NCBI GenBank assembly: GCA_964019335.1
Contig: OZ025716.1
Location: 124,001-188,000, forward strand
DNA: 64,000 nt
Source of the DNA: Diplonema japonicum
Taxonomy: Eukaryota; Protista; Euglenozoa: Diplonemea
Reading direction: 5' to 3'
Part shown: positions 32,000 through 44,749 of the stretch, one piece after another
How positions within the stretch are numbered: position 1 is the stretch's first letter
Layout of the letters: each line of letters begins with the position of its first letter
The notes under the pieces: model-generated
Databases searched by the model: none
The model's input: the letters and a program-made list of their open reading frames with translations, nothing else
Told to the model about the DNA's origin: nothing
Position numbers and translations under genes: made by a program

Positions 32000-33046
32000 C
32001 GTTCTTTTTGTTCTTCTGAAAAGAATAGGTTTTGCTTTTTCCACGCGCACACGGTTTTCCAAATATAGTTTCAAATTTGAGTGACAATGATAGATGACAA
32101 ACTGAGGACTAAAATCGAGTGCCGGTCAGACGGGACTGCTAACTAGGAGACTCTGAAAAATATTGGAAAATGGCCAACGAAAAAAAAAAAAAAAGATTGA
32201 AATATATTTGGGAAACCGTGTTCTAGAAAAAGAAAAAAGGGGGAGGAGAAAAGTATTACTCAAATCTCTATAGGGCCTCTGAAATACTCCTCCCCCCAAA
32301 AAAAGAAAATGAAGAACATATCACCTTCCCCCCCCCCCCCTCTCTGATCGCTCACATTTCTTTCATTTCTTTTTTTTTTTTTTTTTGCAAATGTGCTTTT
32401 CCCAATTATTATTTTGTTCTCTTTCCCTTTTTTTTTCCTTTTTTTTTTCCCTTTCTTTTTTTTTTTTCTTTTTTGCACTTTTCTTTGCCCCATCTTCGTT
32501 TTTGTACCACCCCCACCACCCCCCCTGCCGCCCCTTTTTTTTCTTTTAGATCTGAGTCAATTCTTTGCACCTGTGGAGAGCAAAAAGAAAGAAAAAAGAA
32601 AATCGGGAAAAAAAAAGTATTTTTCTTTCCTCTCTCTCCATTTTTCCTTGTTTTTTTTTTTTTTTTCCCTTTTGTTTTTTTTTCTTTTCATCAGTGCTTG
32701 CACAACATCCTTTATTTTCTTTTTCTTTTTCTTTTTTTTTTCTCCACGGCCCCTTCTTCATTTTCTTTTTTTTCTCTTTCCCCCCTTCTTTTTTTCTTTC
32801 TTTTCCCCTCCCATTTTCTTCATTACATTTTTTTTTTTTTTTACCCCCATTTCTTTTTTTTCTTTTTCTTTTTTTATATTTCCCCCCTGTTTTTTTCTTT
32901 TTCTTCTCACCCTCCCCCATTTTCTCCCCCTCCTTTCCCATTACCCCTATTATTACTTCAAAAAAAAAATTTTTTTTTTTTCCCAACAACAACTGGCAAA
33001 AAAAAAAAAAAAAAAAAGTCGAGCATACATTTAAAAAAAAAAAAAA

Positions 33047-34687
33047 ATGTTATCAGTCCTCACGGCGACCGTTGGTCTAGCTTGTAGCTCCCTAGTGGTG
33101 AACACGACACTGGGACAGGTGGAAGGGAGGACGGACGAAGAGCTGGGTACACAGTACTTCTATGGCATCCCCTTCGGTAAAGCTGAGAGGTTCGCACCCC
33201 CAACTGACCAGGACAGGTGGAACGGCGTAAAAAAACTCGGAATGACACAACCCCCAAGCTGCCCACAGGCCCATCTAACAAAGGATATATGGTTCGGTCA
33301 AGAGGACTGTTTAACGATCGACATCTGGAGGCCAGGAGGCCTCACCGGCGGGGAAAACCTCCCTGTTATGGTGTGGGTCTTCGGTGGTGGTTTCGTAATA
33401 GGATCCGACGATCAGGTCAACATTTACAATGGAAAGAAAATCGCGAAGAATTTCAACACAATCGTGGTGGCAATGAACTACCGGGTGGACAACCTAGGTT
33501 TTCTAGCATTGAACAGCCTGTTCGCAGAACATAACACAACTGGAAACTACGGCCTTCTCGATCAGCAGCTTGCGTTAAAATGGGTACAACAGAATATTGC
33601 AAGCTTCGGGGGTAATCCTGCTAGCGTGGAATTATTCGGACAATCTGCTGGAGGCTGTTCTGTTGTCGCTCAGCTCGCCATGCCCAGTAGCAAAGGCTTG
33701 TTTTCCAGCGCTGCCATTGAGTCTTCCTTGCCCGTTTCAAACGTAATGTGGGTTTCAAAAAAAAACGCTGTTTCTTTCGGGGAGGTTTTTGCTTCGCATG
33801 TAGGCTGCCCGGAATCGAACGGAAATCAGATTTCGTGTCTGCGAAACAAGCCTTTGGAAGAAATTCTGAACGCATTGCTCGAATGGCGCCACGATTTGCC
33901 GAAAACAGCAGGATTTCTACCGTCATTGATGCCCATCATGACTTGGTGGCCAACGATCGACGGGTCTACTCTACCTTACCCGCCCGTTGAATCTGTTCAA
34001 AAAGGAATTTTCACGGACGTTCCCACCATTATGGGAACGGTTCAAAACGAAGGGTCGATCTTCGCACCGGGAATGCCGTTGATCGTGAATAGTACTCTGG
34101 ATGTTCCGATTGAGTACCCCATCACCTCTCAGGGCTGGCAGCGGTCTGTCGAGCATTTCTTCGGGAAGGGCACCTCCAATTCAGGCAAAATCGTGTCGTT
34201 TTACGAATCGGTGTACCCGAAGCCATCGGTCAACTCCACAATGTATTATTCAAATCTGACCGCGGATCTAATTCGGGATTTATTCTTCATATGCCCCGCG
34301 AGGTTCTTGCAGCGTAACATCGCGTCCTCTCCTACTCGAAAATCGCCGATTTTTGCGTACCACTTCAGTCAAAACATATCAAGTTATCTGTATGATGCTT
34401 TCGGTGACTATCACACATCAGAGATTCCTTATGTGCACAATCTTGTAGATGAGTGGCGCAAGTGGAAGGATGATGAGGTCTCGCTTTCGTTGAAAATGGC
34501 TGGATATTGGACATCCCTTGCTGCTGGGGACGCGCAGGTGACGTGTCCCACTTGTCCTCAGTGGCGGCCGTTCACCATGGGTGACCAAGGGTATATGTCT
34601 TTTGCTACTCCGACGGGCATGAAGGTCGATTTGATGACTAACGTGTGTGATTTTTGGGATACGATCGGGTACGAAAGCGTTGTTTAG
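33047..34687 (+). CDS. Secreted type-B carboxylesterase/lipase
   Basis: Signal-peptide-like N-terminus, YGIPF, EDCL, PVMVWVFGGGF, GNYGLLDQ, FGQSAG nucleophile, NEG, YHTSEI. Confidence 0.93.
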   Translation: MLSVLTATVGLACSSLVVNTTLGQVEGRTDEELGTQYFYGIPFGKAERFAPPTDQDRWNGVKKLGMTQPPSCPQAHLTKDIWFGQEDCLTIDIWRPGGLTGGENLPVMVWVFGGGFVIGSDDQVNIYNGKKIAKNFNTIVVAMNYRVDNLGFLALNSLFAEHNTTGNYGLLDQQLALKWVQQNIASFGGNPASVELFGQSAGGCSVVAQLAMPSSKGLFSSAAIESSLPVSNVMWVSKKNAVSFGEVFASHVGCPESNGNQISCLRNKPLEEILNALLEWRHDLPKTAGFLPSLMPIMTWWPTIDGSTLPYPPVESVQKGIFTDVPTIMGTVQNEGSIFAPGMPLIVNSTLDVPIEYPITSQGWQRSVEHFFGKGTSNSGKIVSFYESVYPKPSVNSTMYYSNLTADLIRDLFFICPARFLQRNIASSPTRKSPIFAYHFSQNISSYLYDAFGDYHTSEIPYVHNLVDEWRKWKDDEVSLSLKMAGYWTSLAAGDAQVTCPTCPQWRPFTMGDQGYMSFATPTGMKVDLMTNVCDFWDTIGYESVV

Positions 34688-34861
34688 AAAGAAGAAGAAA
34701 AAAAGAGAAAAAGAAATGATAAAGTGGTTTTTTAACGCGTTCTTTCTTTTTTTCTTTTTTTTTTTATACCGTCCGTGTTGGCTCCGTGTTGTGCAAAAAG
34801 TTTCTCTCTTTTCTTTTTTTTTTCTTTTTTTTGTTGGCTCAATATTTTTTTTTTTCTTCTC

Positions 34862-34981
34862 GTTTTTAACAATATTAATTGTCGAGACTATAAAAAAAAA
34901 ACTAGTTGATGGCTAGCGTAAGAGCGTAACGTATGAGCTATTTTTATTAGATAAAAATTCCGCTCGTGCGCACAAACTAGT
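34862..34981. repeat. Repeat family B copy (inverted relative to 10397)
   Basis: ttttaacaatattaattgtcgagact...actagttgatggc...attccgctcgtgcgcacaaactagt. Confidence 0.8.
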
Positions 34982-35043
34982 TTTTTTTTTCAAGGCCGGT
35001 GGGGAAACCCTTTTTTTTTATCTTTTCGAAGGAAAAAAAAATG

Positions 35044-35078
35044 GATTTTATACCTATATGCAACTTGTGCCGAGCAAA

Positions 35079-35113
<35 letters not shown>

Positions 35114-35135
35114 GAACAACAAGGACATATAATCA
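35044..35135 (+). repeat. Short repeat family A (palindromic MITE-like)
   Basis: gattttatacctatatgcaacttgtgccgagcaaaaa...tgcgaacaacaaggacatata. Related to 47897-48820, 51441-51485 and 60642-60738 (reverse). Confidence 0.7.
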
Positions 35136-35410
35136 TAATGAAATATTTTTTTTCTTTTTTGTCTATATTCTGTCGCGTCGGGTGAGAACAAATTTGACAC
35201 AGGAGATCGAAACAAAGTTGAACAGGTGTAACTGTGTTCAAAGAATTCCGTCCTAAACGCAGAATCTGTCTCTTTCTCACCACCACCTCCCTCCCCCCCC
35301 CCCCCCCCTTCTAACGTTTTCCTTGATATTGTTTTGTCTGTTTCCTCAAAAAAAAAAAAAAAAAACAGGAGAAGTGGGCTGAGGAGGGGGGGGAGGAAGG
35401 GTTTAAAAAA

Positions 35411-38400
35411 ATGTCTAGATCAGCAGACAGCGTTCAGTACTATCGGAAGATGGAGTGCGTGGTGAACAGGGTGATGACCCGGCTGATGGAACTGGTGCTG
35501 AAGGAACGCCCCAGTAGCTCGAAAGAGATACTTGACATCGTCTTCGATGTAACAAAAAAAAACATAAAAGGGTTCACTGAAGGGAAGGGATGGCTGTGCG
35601 GAGGGTGCGCGGCTCCCAACAAGCTAGATGCAGCGGTATGCGGATCCTGCAGAGCAGGAAAGGACGATCCGATACCCACATCCGACGCCAGCGGAGAGGG
35701 CCCACTACTAATCTCCGTTCGTCGCGAGCTCGCAATGCGAGAGGAAGCACTGGAAGCACGGGAGAAAGCAGTCTCCGAAAAAGAGAAGGAACTAGGCATC
35801 GTGTCCAACGCACCCACGTCAAAGGTGAAGGCGAAGGCAGCCTCGGAGACCCCTTCTCGTTTCGGAGACGGAGCTGACCTCATGCCCTCGCAAGAGAAGG
35901 TCCCTGAAAAGCCTACCCTGCTACCCCCTTCGTACGCACCCCCGAAGGTGGCATCCTCACCCGACGGAAAAGGAGTTCTGCAATATCTGAAAACATGGAT
36001 GGACGCAAAGGGACAGCCTCTGTGGAAAGACGAGACAATCAGTGACTTCTGCTCCGACGCCGACTTCCTGGTTCAAGCAGACAGGAAGAAGGGTCGCTCT
36101 GGCAACGAACCAGCAATGATCGTTCGAGCCCTGTACGCGTACACTCACTCGCAGCTCGGCCCGAGGTCCTTCTGGGCCGTGTGGGTACCCGCTGTACAAG
36201 ATATTGAAGAAGGCGACGAGAAAGAACCCACACCAGGGAAGTGGGAGCCTCTATTCGGGAGCTCTTCCGAGCTGGAGGTCCTCTTCCAAAAGGGAGGGTT
36301 CTCCTCTTTGACACGGGTTCCCGCAACAGGCGAGCTGTGCAACGCCCTGTCGATTCCGAAAGAGTCGGGTCCGAAGGAAGGGATCGTCGTCACAGCGATG
36401 GAGAACTACGAGAAAATCGGTCTGAGCACCTACTCCGCCCCGGGAGGGGTATTTTTGGTGAGGTACGAGAACAACCTGCGTGGCCACAGGGCATACTCCC
36501 CCTTGAGGGACACGGTGGCCTACCTCCCTGCAGGGGATCGGTTGAAAGACAAGAACTCCCTTCTGGACGACATACCAAAGCAGAGCAGGCTTCCCTTATC
36601 CGGTGTGCTCGAGTACGTCGCAGCGAACACACCCGACAGCCATGTCCACGGTGGAGCGGAGAAGAACAAAGAAGGGCAGAAGCTTCCGCCCGTGTGGCAC
36701 TGCCGGCCCTTTACAGACCCCGACATCACAAAGCTCATCGAGGAGTGCATGGACCAACCGAACCAGCAGAAGGCCGACAAAGGGCTGCACGAGAAGGCGA
36801 TGAAGGTTCTGCAGAGAAACAAGGTGGCGGTGCAGGAGGACGGGTTCCCCGCAATATCAGCAGAGCTGTTCGGCGCGGTCTTCAAGAAGTCCTGCAACTA
36901 CCAAGAAGGAGTGCTTCTCACCCCCGAGGAGATCGGGAGGGCCTTCACCCTGCAGTGCCTGACGTGGCAGGGGCGGCACTTCCTCGTCACCCTGTCAACG
37001 ACTACGGCAGAGACGAGAACCCCGCACATCCTCGGCGAGGTGGAGACGGGTGAGGTCATTCCCGTTTACAGGGTTGTGGCGAGCTTCTGGCCCGCACAGA
37101 TCTTCTACCTCCTGAACCTCGCGATGAGGGAGACCCAGTTCGGGAACAGCAGCGCGGCGCTCACCATCTCCAGCAACGCGATCACTCTGGCTGACGGGAC
37201 CTTAGGGAAATACCTGGCGAAGCAGCCCTCGTCGTGGGTGGAGGAACTCGATGCCCCAATGGAGGCTCCCATGTTCCTCAGGCAGGACAAGGGGTTCTTC
37301 GGAACGGCGAACAAGGTGACGGCGACCTGGGCGGGGGACTGCTGGCAGGTGAAGTTCCCGACGGGGAAAACAAAGCACGTGGAGTCGGGGGCGTGGGTGG
37401 CACCGAAGGCATGGATGCTCCCGCAGGTGAGGCCCCTCATCTTCTACACGAACAAGGCGTTGCAGGCTGTTCAGGTGTCTCAAGACTCGTCCAGCGAAAA
37501 AAAAACGTACCGAGGTATCAGCTGCGCTCTGTCACGTGAGGTGTACGCGACCGGTCGGGTGCTGGTGTGGGCGCAGTACTCGTCGACAAGCGAGGACCAA
37601 GGGGTGGCGGCGGCCTTTGCAAAGGGGGAAAAACCGGCGGCAGTCTTCACCATGCACGGGAGGACCTGCGTGGCAGTGAAGCCTTTCTCTCGATTCGCGA
37701 GAGAGGCGGAAATGTTGTACAGGCAGAACACATGCTTCCGTGTGACAGAGTCGCTGACGAAGGAGCAGGCGCAGATCCTCGGGAAGGAGAACCTGCAGCT
37801 CTTCACGCTGGAGGAGGTGAGCGAGGTGGAGATGCACTGCATCCTAGTCCGAAGAATGCTCCCGTTCGCGAAGACGACGGCTGCCGCCTCAGTTGTGTTC
37901 CAAGCAGAGGCAGCGCTGAAAGGGAACAAGTGTTTGGAGCTCTCCATCTCCTCGACGACTGACGGTGAAGTCCCCGCAAAGTGGCAGGCCTTCTTCCAAG
38001 AACCGTCCCTGGGGTGCCCAGTGAATGGGTCGAGCGCTTGGACGAACCCAACCTGCGAGACGGCACTCCTGGACAAGCTCTGTGACGCCTACAAGCACCT
38101 CCAGCCGGTTGGGGCGAACGAAGTCCCGCACCACTCCCTCTTTTTGAACTCCGCTCCCGAAGGGCGCCACGCAACACTTGGTCTCAAGTCCATCAAGCTC
38201 ACTGCGCAAGGCCTGACCGATGCACACGGCACCTACAAGCACGACGAAGACTGTTTCGGGGAGTTCAACATTGTTAATGACGAGGATTTCACCGTAAAGT
38301 ATGAAGAAGGCATGTGGACCATGGAATACGACGGGAATGATCTCGAGGACAGCATCACCTTCAAGTGCGAGCACCTCCTCGGGGAGTGGCCTCAGGTGAA

Positions 38401-41400
38401 CAAGATCTCTGGACCTGTCATCAAGCCGATGCAGATCAAGAACGAGAGCATCCTGCAGCCGAGATGCGACGAGCGCCATCTGCTCGTCGTCGACAAGTCG
38501 ACGGAAGAGGAAAAAGAATGCTACACCTGCGACAAGGTGATCGACGGCCCGAAGCACCTCACATGCCGGAAGTGCGAGCAGTACTACCACCCAAGGTGCC
38601 AGAACTACGTCGGGTGGGACGGGATAAAGTTCAAGGTGGAGAACAGCACGCTTGTGAAGTACGAGGACGATGAGATCGTGTGTCCGCATATCACAAAGCT
38701 CACCATCATCGGCAGTGACCTGGTGGACCAGCGGGGGACAAAGGTGTCGGCCCCAAGTGAGTGTGACATCCTGCCCCTCGCACGTCTGTGCGCGATGACG
38801 TTCGTGGAACACAACCTCCCCCTCGCAAAGGAGCAATCACACCCCGCCACCGAGATCATCTCAATCGCAAGAAAACTGGTTGGAAACGAAGATATCGACG
38901 TGGTCCGCATCTTCGGGAAGAAAGGGCAAAACGACAAAATAAAACTAAAGGTTGGTGTCCACGGGGAGAACGGGTGGTGCATCGATGCAAAGCTCAGACA
39001 AACGGACGCGAGGCCGGGGCTTGCCGTCGGGGACGAGGGAGCACTCATGGCGAGCAGGATCGTTCGCCTCGGTGTACCTCTTGAAGTGGTCGGGCTTCGC
39101 AACAACTGTGTGAAGCTGGAGGGCGCAAAGGAACTCCTCGAGTCTGTTCGCGAGAACCCTTGGGTGATCGAGACTACAATCGGAAACGACGACGGCAACG
39201 CACAAGACAACATGGAGACAGAAGTATACAGACAAGCACTGTCCATCAGGTGCATGTACCACAGATGCCGAAACCGTTACGAGCAGCTCACAGACGACCA
39301 TCTGTCCGGGGTGGGGGAAATGTGGCCCGAAATCATTGCACTCGCCCTGCACGACATCCCAAACCTAAAACTCCCGATGGGGGCCATCCTGGACCAGCAC
39401 CCAGAGGGGTGGAAGGAAATGTGCAAGAGATTCAAGTCCCCTCCACAGGTGACACAAGCTGTCCTTCACAACGCCTGCAAGTACGGAAGGGTGAAGGCCG
39501 TGAAACCCATTCTGGACGACTGTAAGGTAGACCCGAATATAGAAGACGACCAAGGCAACCCCCCGTTGGTCTTGGCAGTGAGACAACACGCATTCGAGTC
39601 CGAAGAAGGAGGAAAAATCATCGGAAGGTTGGTAACCCCGGAAATCGCAAAGAAATGCAAATCAGTGCTGTTTTCAGCTGTCGAGGCCTGCGGCCCTATC
39701 GTAACGGGTGAGCTGCTGAAGATGGGGATCGAACCGGAGGATCCTTCCAAGCTCCTGAAAGCTGCTGTGCAGAACAAGGCGTTCGAATCTGGTACAGACG
39801 TACTTCACAAAATCATCAAAATGCAAGAAGACATCAAGACATCCGATGCGTTACTGGCGGTGGCATCCGTTGAAGGAGGCGGATCGTTTCTCATCATGAA
39901 GGAGCTTATCGACGCAGGTGTCGGGATCGAACAGGTACAAAGCTACGGCGATAATTACGAAACGGCAGGCATGACTGCGCTCCACCTTGTGGCAGGGTAC
40001 AAAACCCCATTGACCGACGAAGATAAGAAAGTTGTAAAGCTACTAATCTCCGAGGAGGTTTTAAAAATGGAAGAAGACTGCGAAACCCCGCTTAAAATAG
40101 CAATGAACGCCACCCCCGAAATGACGCTGTTCCTGTTGGACAACGGTGCGACAATCCCTACAACCGACGAGACAGGAAGCTACCTCTCAGCAGCATGTCA
40201 GAACGAACTATTTAATTCTGATGCCGGCATTGAAGCTTTGAAGCGAATCCCGAAATCAACAGAAAACAACGACACACGAGAAGCCCTCGGCGAGGCGTGC
40301 AAAGTAGGCCACCTTCTCATCGCAGATTACCTCATTTCAATTGGTACCTCTGTCACGGAGAAATCGAACTGCTACGACATGACCCCATTGGCAATGTGCT
40401 GCAAATCAACCTTTGACTGGGCTACAACAGAGGAAGGCCGTTCTATCTTAGACAAGCTTATCACAAAGGACACGTTGGAATCTAAAGACGACGAGCAACA
40501 AACCCCTCTCGCCATCGCCATCGGCTCCGGCCTCGTCTTCACCGCAGATTACCTCATCGACAAGGGCGCCGACGTAATGGTCAAAAACGAAGAAGGATGG
40601 AGCATGGCCGCGTACCTCACGAAATCAACACAGTTTGAATCAACGGAAAAGGGAAACGAAGTGATCAGACGTATCATCACGAAGGACAATGTCAACGAAC
40701 TTATCGGGACAGAGGATGAAGGCGACGAGGACAAGTTTAGCCCGCTCATGATGGCAGCCGCGCTCGGCAGGGTGAAGCTCTGCAAGATCCTCCTTGAGCT
40801 CGGAGCAAAGGTCTCCACAAGCTCGACAGCATCTGCTTTAACCTTCGCTGTGAACAACCCCGCTTTCGGCGAGGACTTAAAACTCTTCGAGAAGTTGATC
40901 ACCAAGGAAACCATCAACCAAAAATCCGATAACGACGAGACCCCATTAGAAATCGCCATTCAACGATGCAATTTTAAGCTCATTCCTGTTCTATTGCAGC
41001 ACGGTGCGACAGGAGAAGATATCATCAGCGGAATCTGCACCAACGAGGCCTACGACTCCCCGGAAGGGGTTGAAGTAGCAAAGGCACTCATCACCAAGGA
41101 AAATATCGACACCCCTGTCGACGGTGAGACGCCTTTGTACCGTGCCTTGTCATGGGGCTTGCTCTCAATCGCTGCGTTTTTAATAGAAGCAGGGGCAGTG
41201 ACAACTGCACCTGAAGATGGTGAATCCATGCTTGTTGAGGCTTGTAATACGCAGTCGTTCAACTCGCCTGAGGGAAGACATCTTATTTCAAAGCTTGCTA
41301 ATGAGAAGAATATTAATGAGGAGCACGGCAAGCCTTTGCGTACTGCGGCTTCCAACGGATATCTGGAGCTTGTTGAGGAGCTGCTCGACAAAAAAGCAGA

Positions 41401-41844
41401 CTTGTCTCTGTTCGACCCCGAAGACAGGCGGACAGTTTTGATGGAAGCGGCTTCTGAATCGGACTGGAACACAGTTGAGGGGTGTAAGGTTTTGAAACGC
41501 ATTTTAGACGCGGCTGAAAACCTTCAAGAACTCTTCGCGGTGCAGGATTCCAACGGCGATACCTGTCTTCACGATGCAGCATCGTATTCAATGTTTTCCA
41601 TGCTTGACGTCCTTCTTAAGAAGGTGGATAAGAAGACTCTTGCTGTGAAAAACGAACAGGAGAAGACACCGTTGCACTGTATTTGCGACACGCATGCAAC
41701 GACTCAGCTCCAGATGCGGGTTGTGAGGAAGCTGGCGCAGCTTCCGCAGCTTGAAATACAAGATAAGAACGGGAATACCCCTTTGCACATAGCCGTTTCA
41801 GAGTCCGGGCAAGGGCCTTTTGATTTACTGGTATGATGGGGAGG

Positions 41845-41881
<37 letters not shown>

Positions 41882-42102
41882 CCAGATTGACTGTGGTTCC
41901 AACGTCAAAGCAACGAACAACGAGAAGAAGACACCTTTGCACCGTGCTGTCGACGAGGAGGTCTCTGTGGGGGCGGTCAAGGTGCTTTTGCAAAACGGGG
42001 CGAAGCCCAATGCGAAGGACAACGACGGCAATACCCCTTTGCAGCTGCTGCTCCACAAGATGAAGTATAAGAACAACGTCAAAGCTGTATGGGTTTTCTT
42101 TT

Positions 42103-42143
<41 letters not shown>

Positions 42144-42444
42144 GCACGGGTAATGTAATGCTGTCCTCCTCCTGGTTAAGCTCTCTTGAAGCTCACCAGT
42201 GTGCGCGTTTAGCCGTTTTTGTTTTGGCACGTTGGCGATGGCATATGTATTGGACGATTCAAAGTTTTACAGAAATAGTTCTTGTAAATGAAAAAAAAAT
42301 TGGGGACTTGAGATTAAAAAAAAAATGGGACTTGTAAAAAAACAATATTGGGTCTCTCTTCTTAACCGGGGTCACAGAACCAGTCGCCTTCTTTTTTTCT
42401 GGGGGGGGCCTTTCCCTTTCCCTTCCATAAAGAACACTATACTA

Positions 42445-42476
<32 letters not shown>

Positions 42477-42721
42477 AGGCTGTGGAGTTGCTACTCCCTG
42501 TTACTACAGTTCCCTTGAAAGAAGGGACAGTGGTGCGTAAGGCAGAAATTCGAGAAGCTTTGAATTTGAAGGAAGGTGAATTCATGCCTGCAGAAGGGGC
42601 CAATGAGGAGGACGAAGAAGAGAGCACCTGGGCAGGTGAGAGTGGTGATGATGAGGATGAGGATGAGGATGAGGGCGACGATCTCGATTTGGACGAAGAC
42701 TGGGATGATGACGATTGGTAA
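35411..42721 (+). CDS. Giant multidomain protein: RanBP2-type Zn finger, R-S-E ADP-ribosyltransferase domain, C1/PHD-like finger, LRR-like segment, ankyrin repeats, acidic tail; exons 35411-41830, 41886-42086, 42479-42721
   Basis: WLCGGCAAPN...CGSC; KTYRG / YSSTSED / REAEML; CYTC...CRKC..YYHPRC; VGDEGA...LRNNCVKLEGA; many ankyrins. Two phase-0 GT-AG introns restore the frame. Confidence 0.8.
41831..41885 (+). other. GT-AG intron (55 nt as assembled)
   Basis: GTATGA...A-run...TTCCAG. Splicing gives FDLL|IDCGSNVKATNNEKKTPLHRA, an ankyrin repeat. Confidence 0.85.
42087..42478 (+). other. GT-AG intron (~392 nt)
   Basis: GTATGG + T-run ... A-run + CAG. Splicing gives NVKA|AVELLLP in frame, ending in an acidic tail at 42721. 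Confidence 0.7.
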
Positions 42722-43063
42722 AAATGGCAGTGTAGCTCCCCCCCCCCCCCCCCCCCCATGTCACATGCCACAATGCCTCCGAATAGAAGGCAGAATTTTT
42801 CTTCTTTTCTTCTTTCTTTTTTTTTTTTGTAGTTTTATCAACAAAAGAATACTGGACAGTATTCGCCTCCTTTTTTTTTTTTTTAAATCCCATGTGGATT
42901 CAAGTAGACCGGGGGGGGGGGGGGGGGGGATGGGGGAAATAACACCAAACATTCCTTTTTTTTTTATGTTACAAAATATTATCTCATTTTCTTTCTCTTT
43001 TTTTTTTTTGAACACAAAAACCCTTTGCCCCTTCGTATCGTAACCACTGAGAGTCGGCAGATT

Positions 43064-43195
43064 TGTTGTTTTGTGCACAGCCGGGGGGGGGGGGGGGGGG
43101 GGGTTAACCTGTAGAAGGATAAGCCCAGCAATGCTACCACTGCTCTTTTTAGCGCCAACAATTCATTATCAATATACTGTTTTTCTTGTTCATAC
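43064..43195. repeat. Dispersed repeat family E
   Basis: ttaacctgtagaaggataagccc..caatgctaccact..tctttttagc..aacaattcattatcaat. Also at ~46122-46236 and reverse at ~49606-49700. Confidence 0.8.
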
Positions 43196-43536
43196 AATGT
43201 TTTTTGTGTTTGGCTGATATAAATCAGCTCAGGTCTTTCAAGGGGTTAAGCGCAGAATCTTGGTTACCCGGAAGAAGCTACAGCTCGGCCGAAGTGTTCT
43301 CTCTTATATCTTTTTTTTTTTTTTTTCCCCTTACTCGAGCGAAAGAAAAAAAAAGAAAAAAAAAAAAGAGAAAAAAAAGAGGGGAAAAAAAAACCCCCCC
43401 CCCACCCAATTTTTTTTTTTCTTATTCCTTCAATCCTTCGTCATTTATCAACAAAAAAGCGGGAGACGTTGTTCGCAGCGTGATTTCATCGTGATTTCTT
43501 TTTTTCTTTTTTTTTTTTTTGCCGGGTTATAAACAA

Positions 43537-43670
43537 ACTTCTCCAGGTTTCTACCCGGGACGTACAATGGCCAGGTACCCTCTGTCCGGTAAACTAGTCG
43601 CTTTGTGGTCCTTTTTTTTTTCCAGGCGTCCTGCCACATACCGCAGGTACCCTTAAATGTCTCTTTTTTT
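43537..43670. repeat. Dispersed repeat family C
   Basis: aacttctccaggttt..acccgg.acgtacaa is shared with 28-75. caggcgtcctgccacataccgcagg is shared with ~45633-45658 and ~55904-55945. Confidence 0.75.
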
Positions 43671-43732
43671 TTTTTTTAAAAAAAATATTTTGGCTGTAAT
43701 AATATTAAATAAATGGAGTGCCAGGTTTGTTT

Positions 43733-43789
<57 letters not shown>

Positions 43790-44227
43790 CCAAATTGGTG
43801 GACGGCGTTCTCTTCTAACCCGAACTGCCTTTTTTTTATTAATAAAAGTATTGTTTTTTTTATTTATTTTTTTTTTTTTATGCCAACCTCGGGTCCACGA
43901 CCTAAATATTTTCTTTTTTTGTTTTTTTGTTTACGTTACTTCCATGGGGTCGCTGCTTCCTCCCCCCCTCCCTATCAGAGTGGATTTTTTCTTACTCTTC
44001 TTGTTCCAAAAAAAAAAAAAAAAAGAAAAAAAAAAAAAAAAACCCAGCATTTTTTTTCCTCCTTGTGTGTCTCTCTCCCCTGCAGTTTCATTCTCTCCGC
44101 TTTGATTTGCGATGATTTTTCTTTTTTCTTTTTTTCAAATATGTTTTTGTGTCTTAAAAGTTAGTGTGCGAGAAAAAAAAAAAAAAAAAAGTTTAGTTCT
44201 CAAAAAAAAAAAAAAAAAAAAAAAAAA

Positions 44228-44749
44228 ATGTCGCTGAACCGCGAACCAAGGAAGTTCACCAAAAAGCAAGTTACTGGTGCTTTCAGGAAGAAGTGCTGTG
44301 ACCACAACGACTGGGACAACGTAAGAGTGGCGAAGGGCCTGATGACCCTGAGATGCAGAGCCTGCCAGAAGCAATGGAGGGCAGCTGTGGATATGGTGTG
44401 GGGCAGGTTGAAATGCGCAAACTTTGGGTCAGAGGAAGGGTGCTCCGACAAGCCCTGCTCAAAACTACACATCCACAACAGAAAGCTGTCTCTCGAGGCT
44501 CGTGTGAGGCAGCACGGAGAAGGGGTCATCAACCAAATGAGTGGGAGGGTGACTGCACAAACACTTGAGAAGATCCAGGCAATCGGCCAACAACTCCGAG
44601 CCGAGGAGGATGCAACGTGCTCCCCAGCCTCCTCTGGTGCCTCTGAGTCATCTGATCAAAGTTTTACGGAAGGATCGTCATCACACGCAACTTATGTGTT
44701 CACCCGCGACCCTTACTCCTTTGAGGCCCCAACACCTTTTTTCCAGTAA
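44228..44749 (+). CDS. Zinc-ribbon + CCCH zinc-finger protein (CxHNDWDNVR family)
   Basis: CCDHNDWDNVR..RCRACQKQW and C-x8-C-x4-C-x3-H (CANFGSEEGCSDKPCSKLH). Paralog at 53557. Confidence 0.8.
   Translation: MSLNREPRKFTKKQVTGAFRKKCCDHNDWDNVRVAKGLMTLRCRACQKQWRAAVDMVWGRLKCANFGSEEGCSDKPCSKLHIHNRKLSLEARVRQHGEGVINQMSGRVTAQTLEKIQAIGQQLRAEEDATCSPASSGASESSDQSFTEGSSSHATYVFTRDPYSFEAPTPFFQ

Noticed and set aside
30200-33046. Many poly-Phe/poly-Lys ORFs (also 15.5-17.3 kb and 43-63 kb)
   Set aside because: They are translations of T/A homopolymers with no coding signal.
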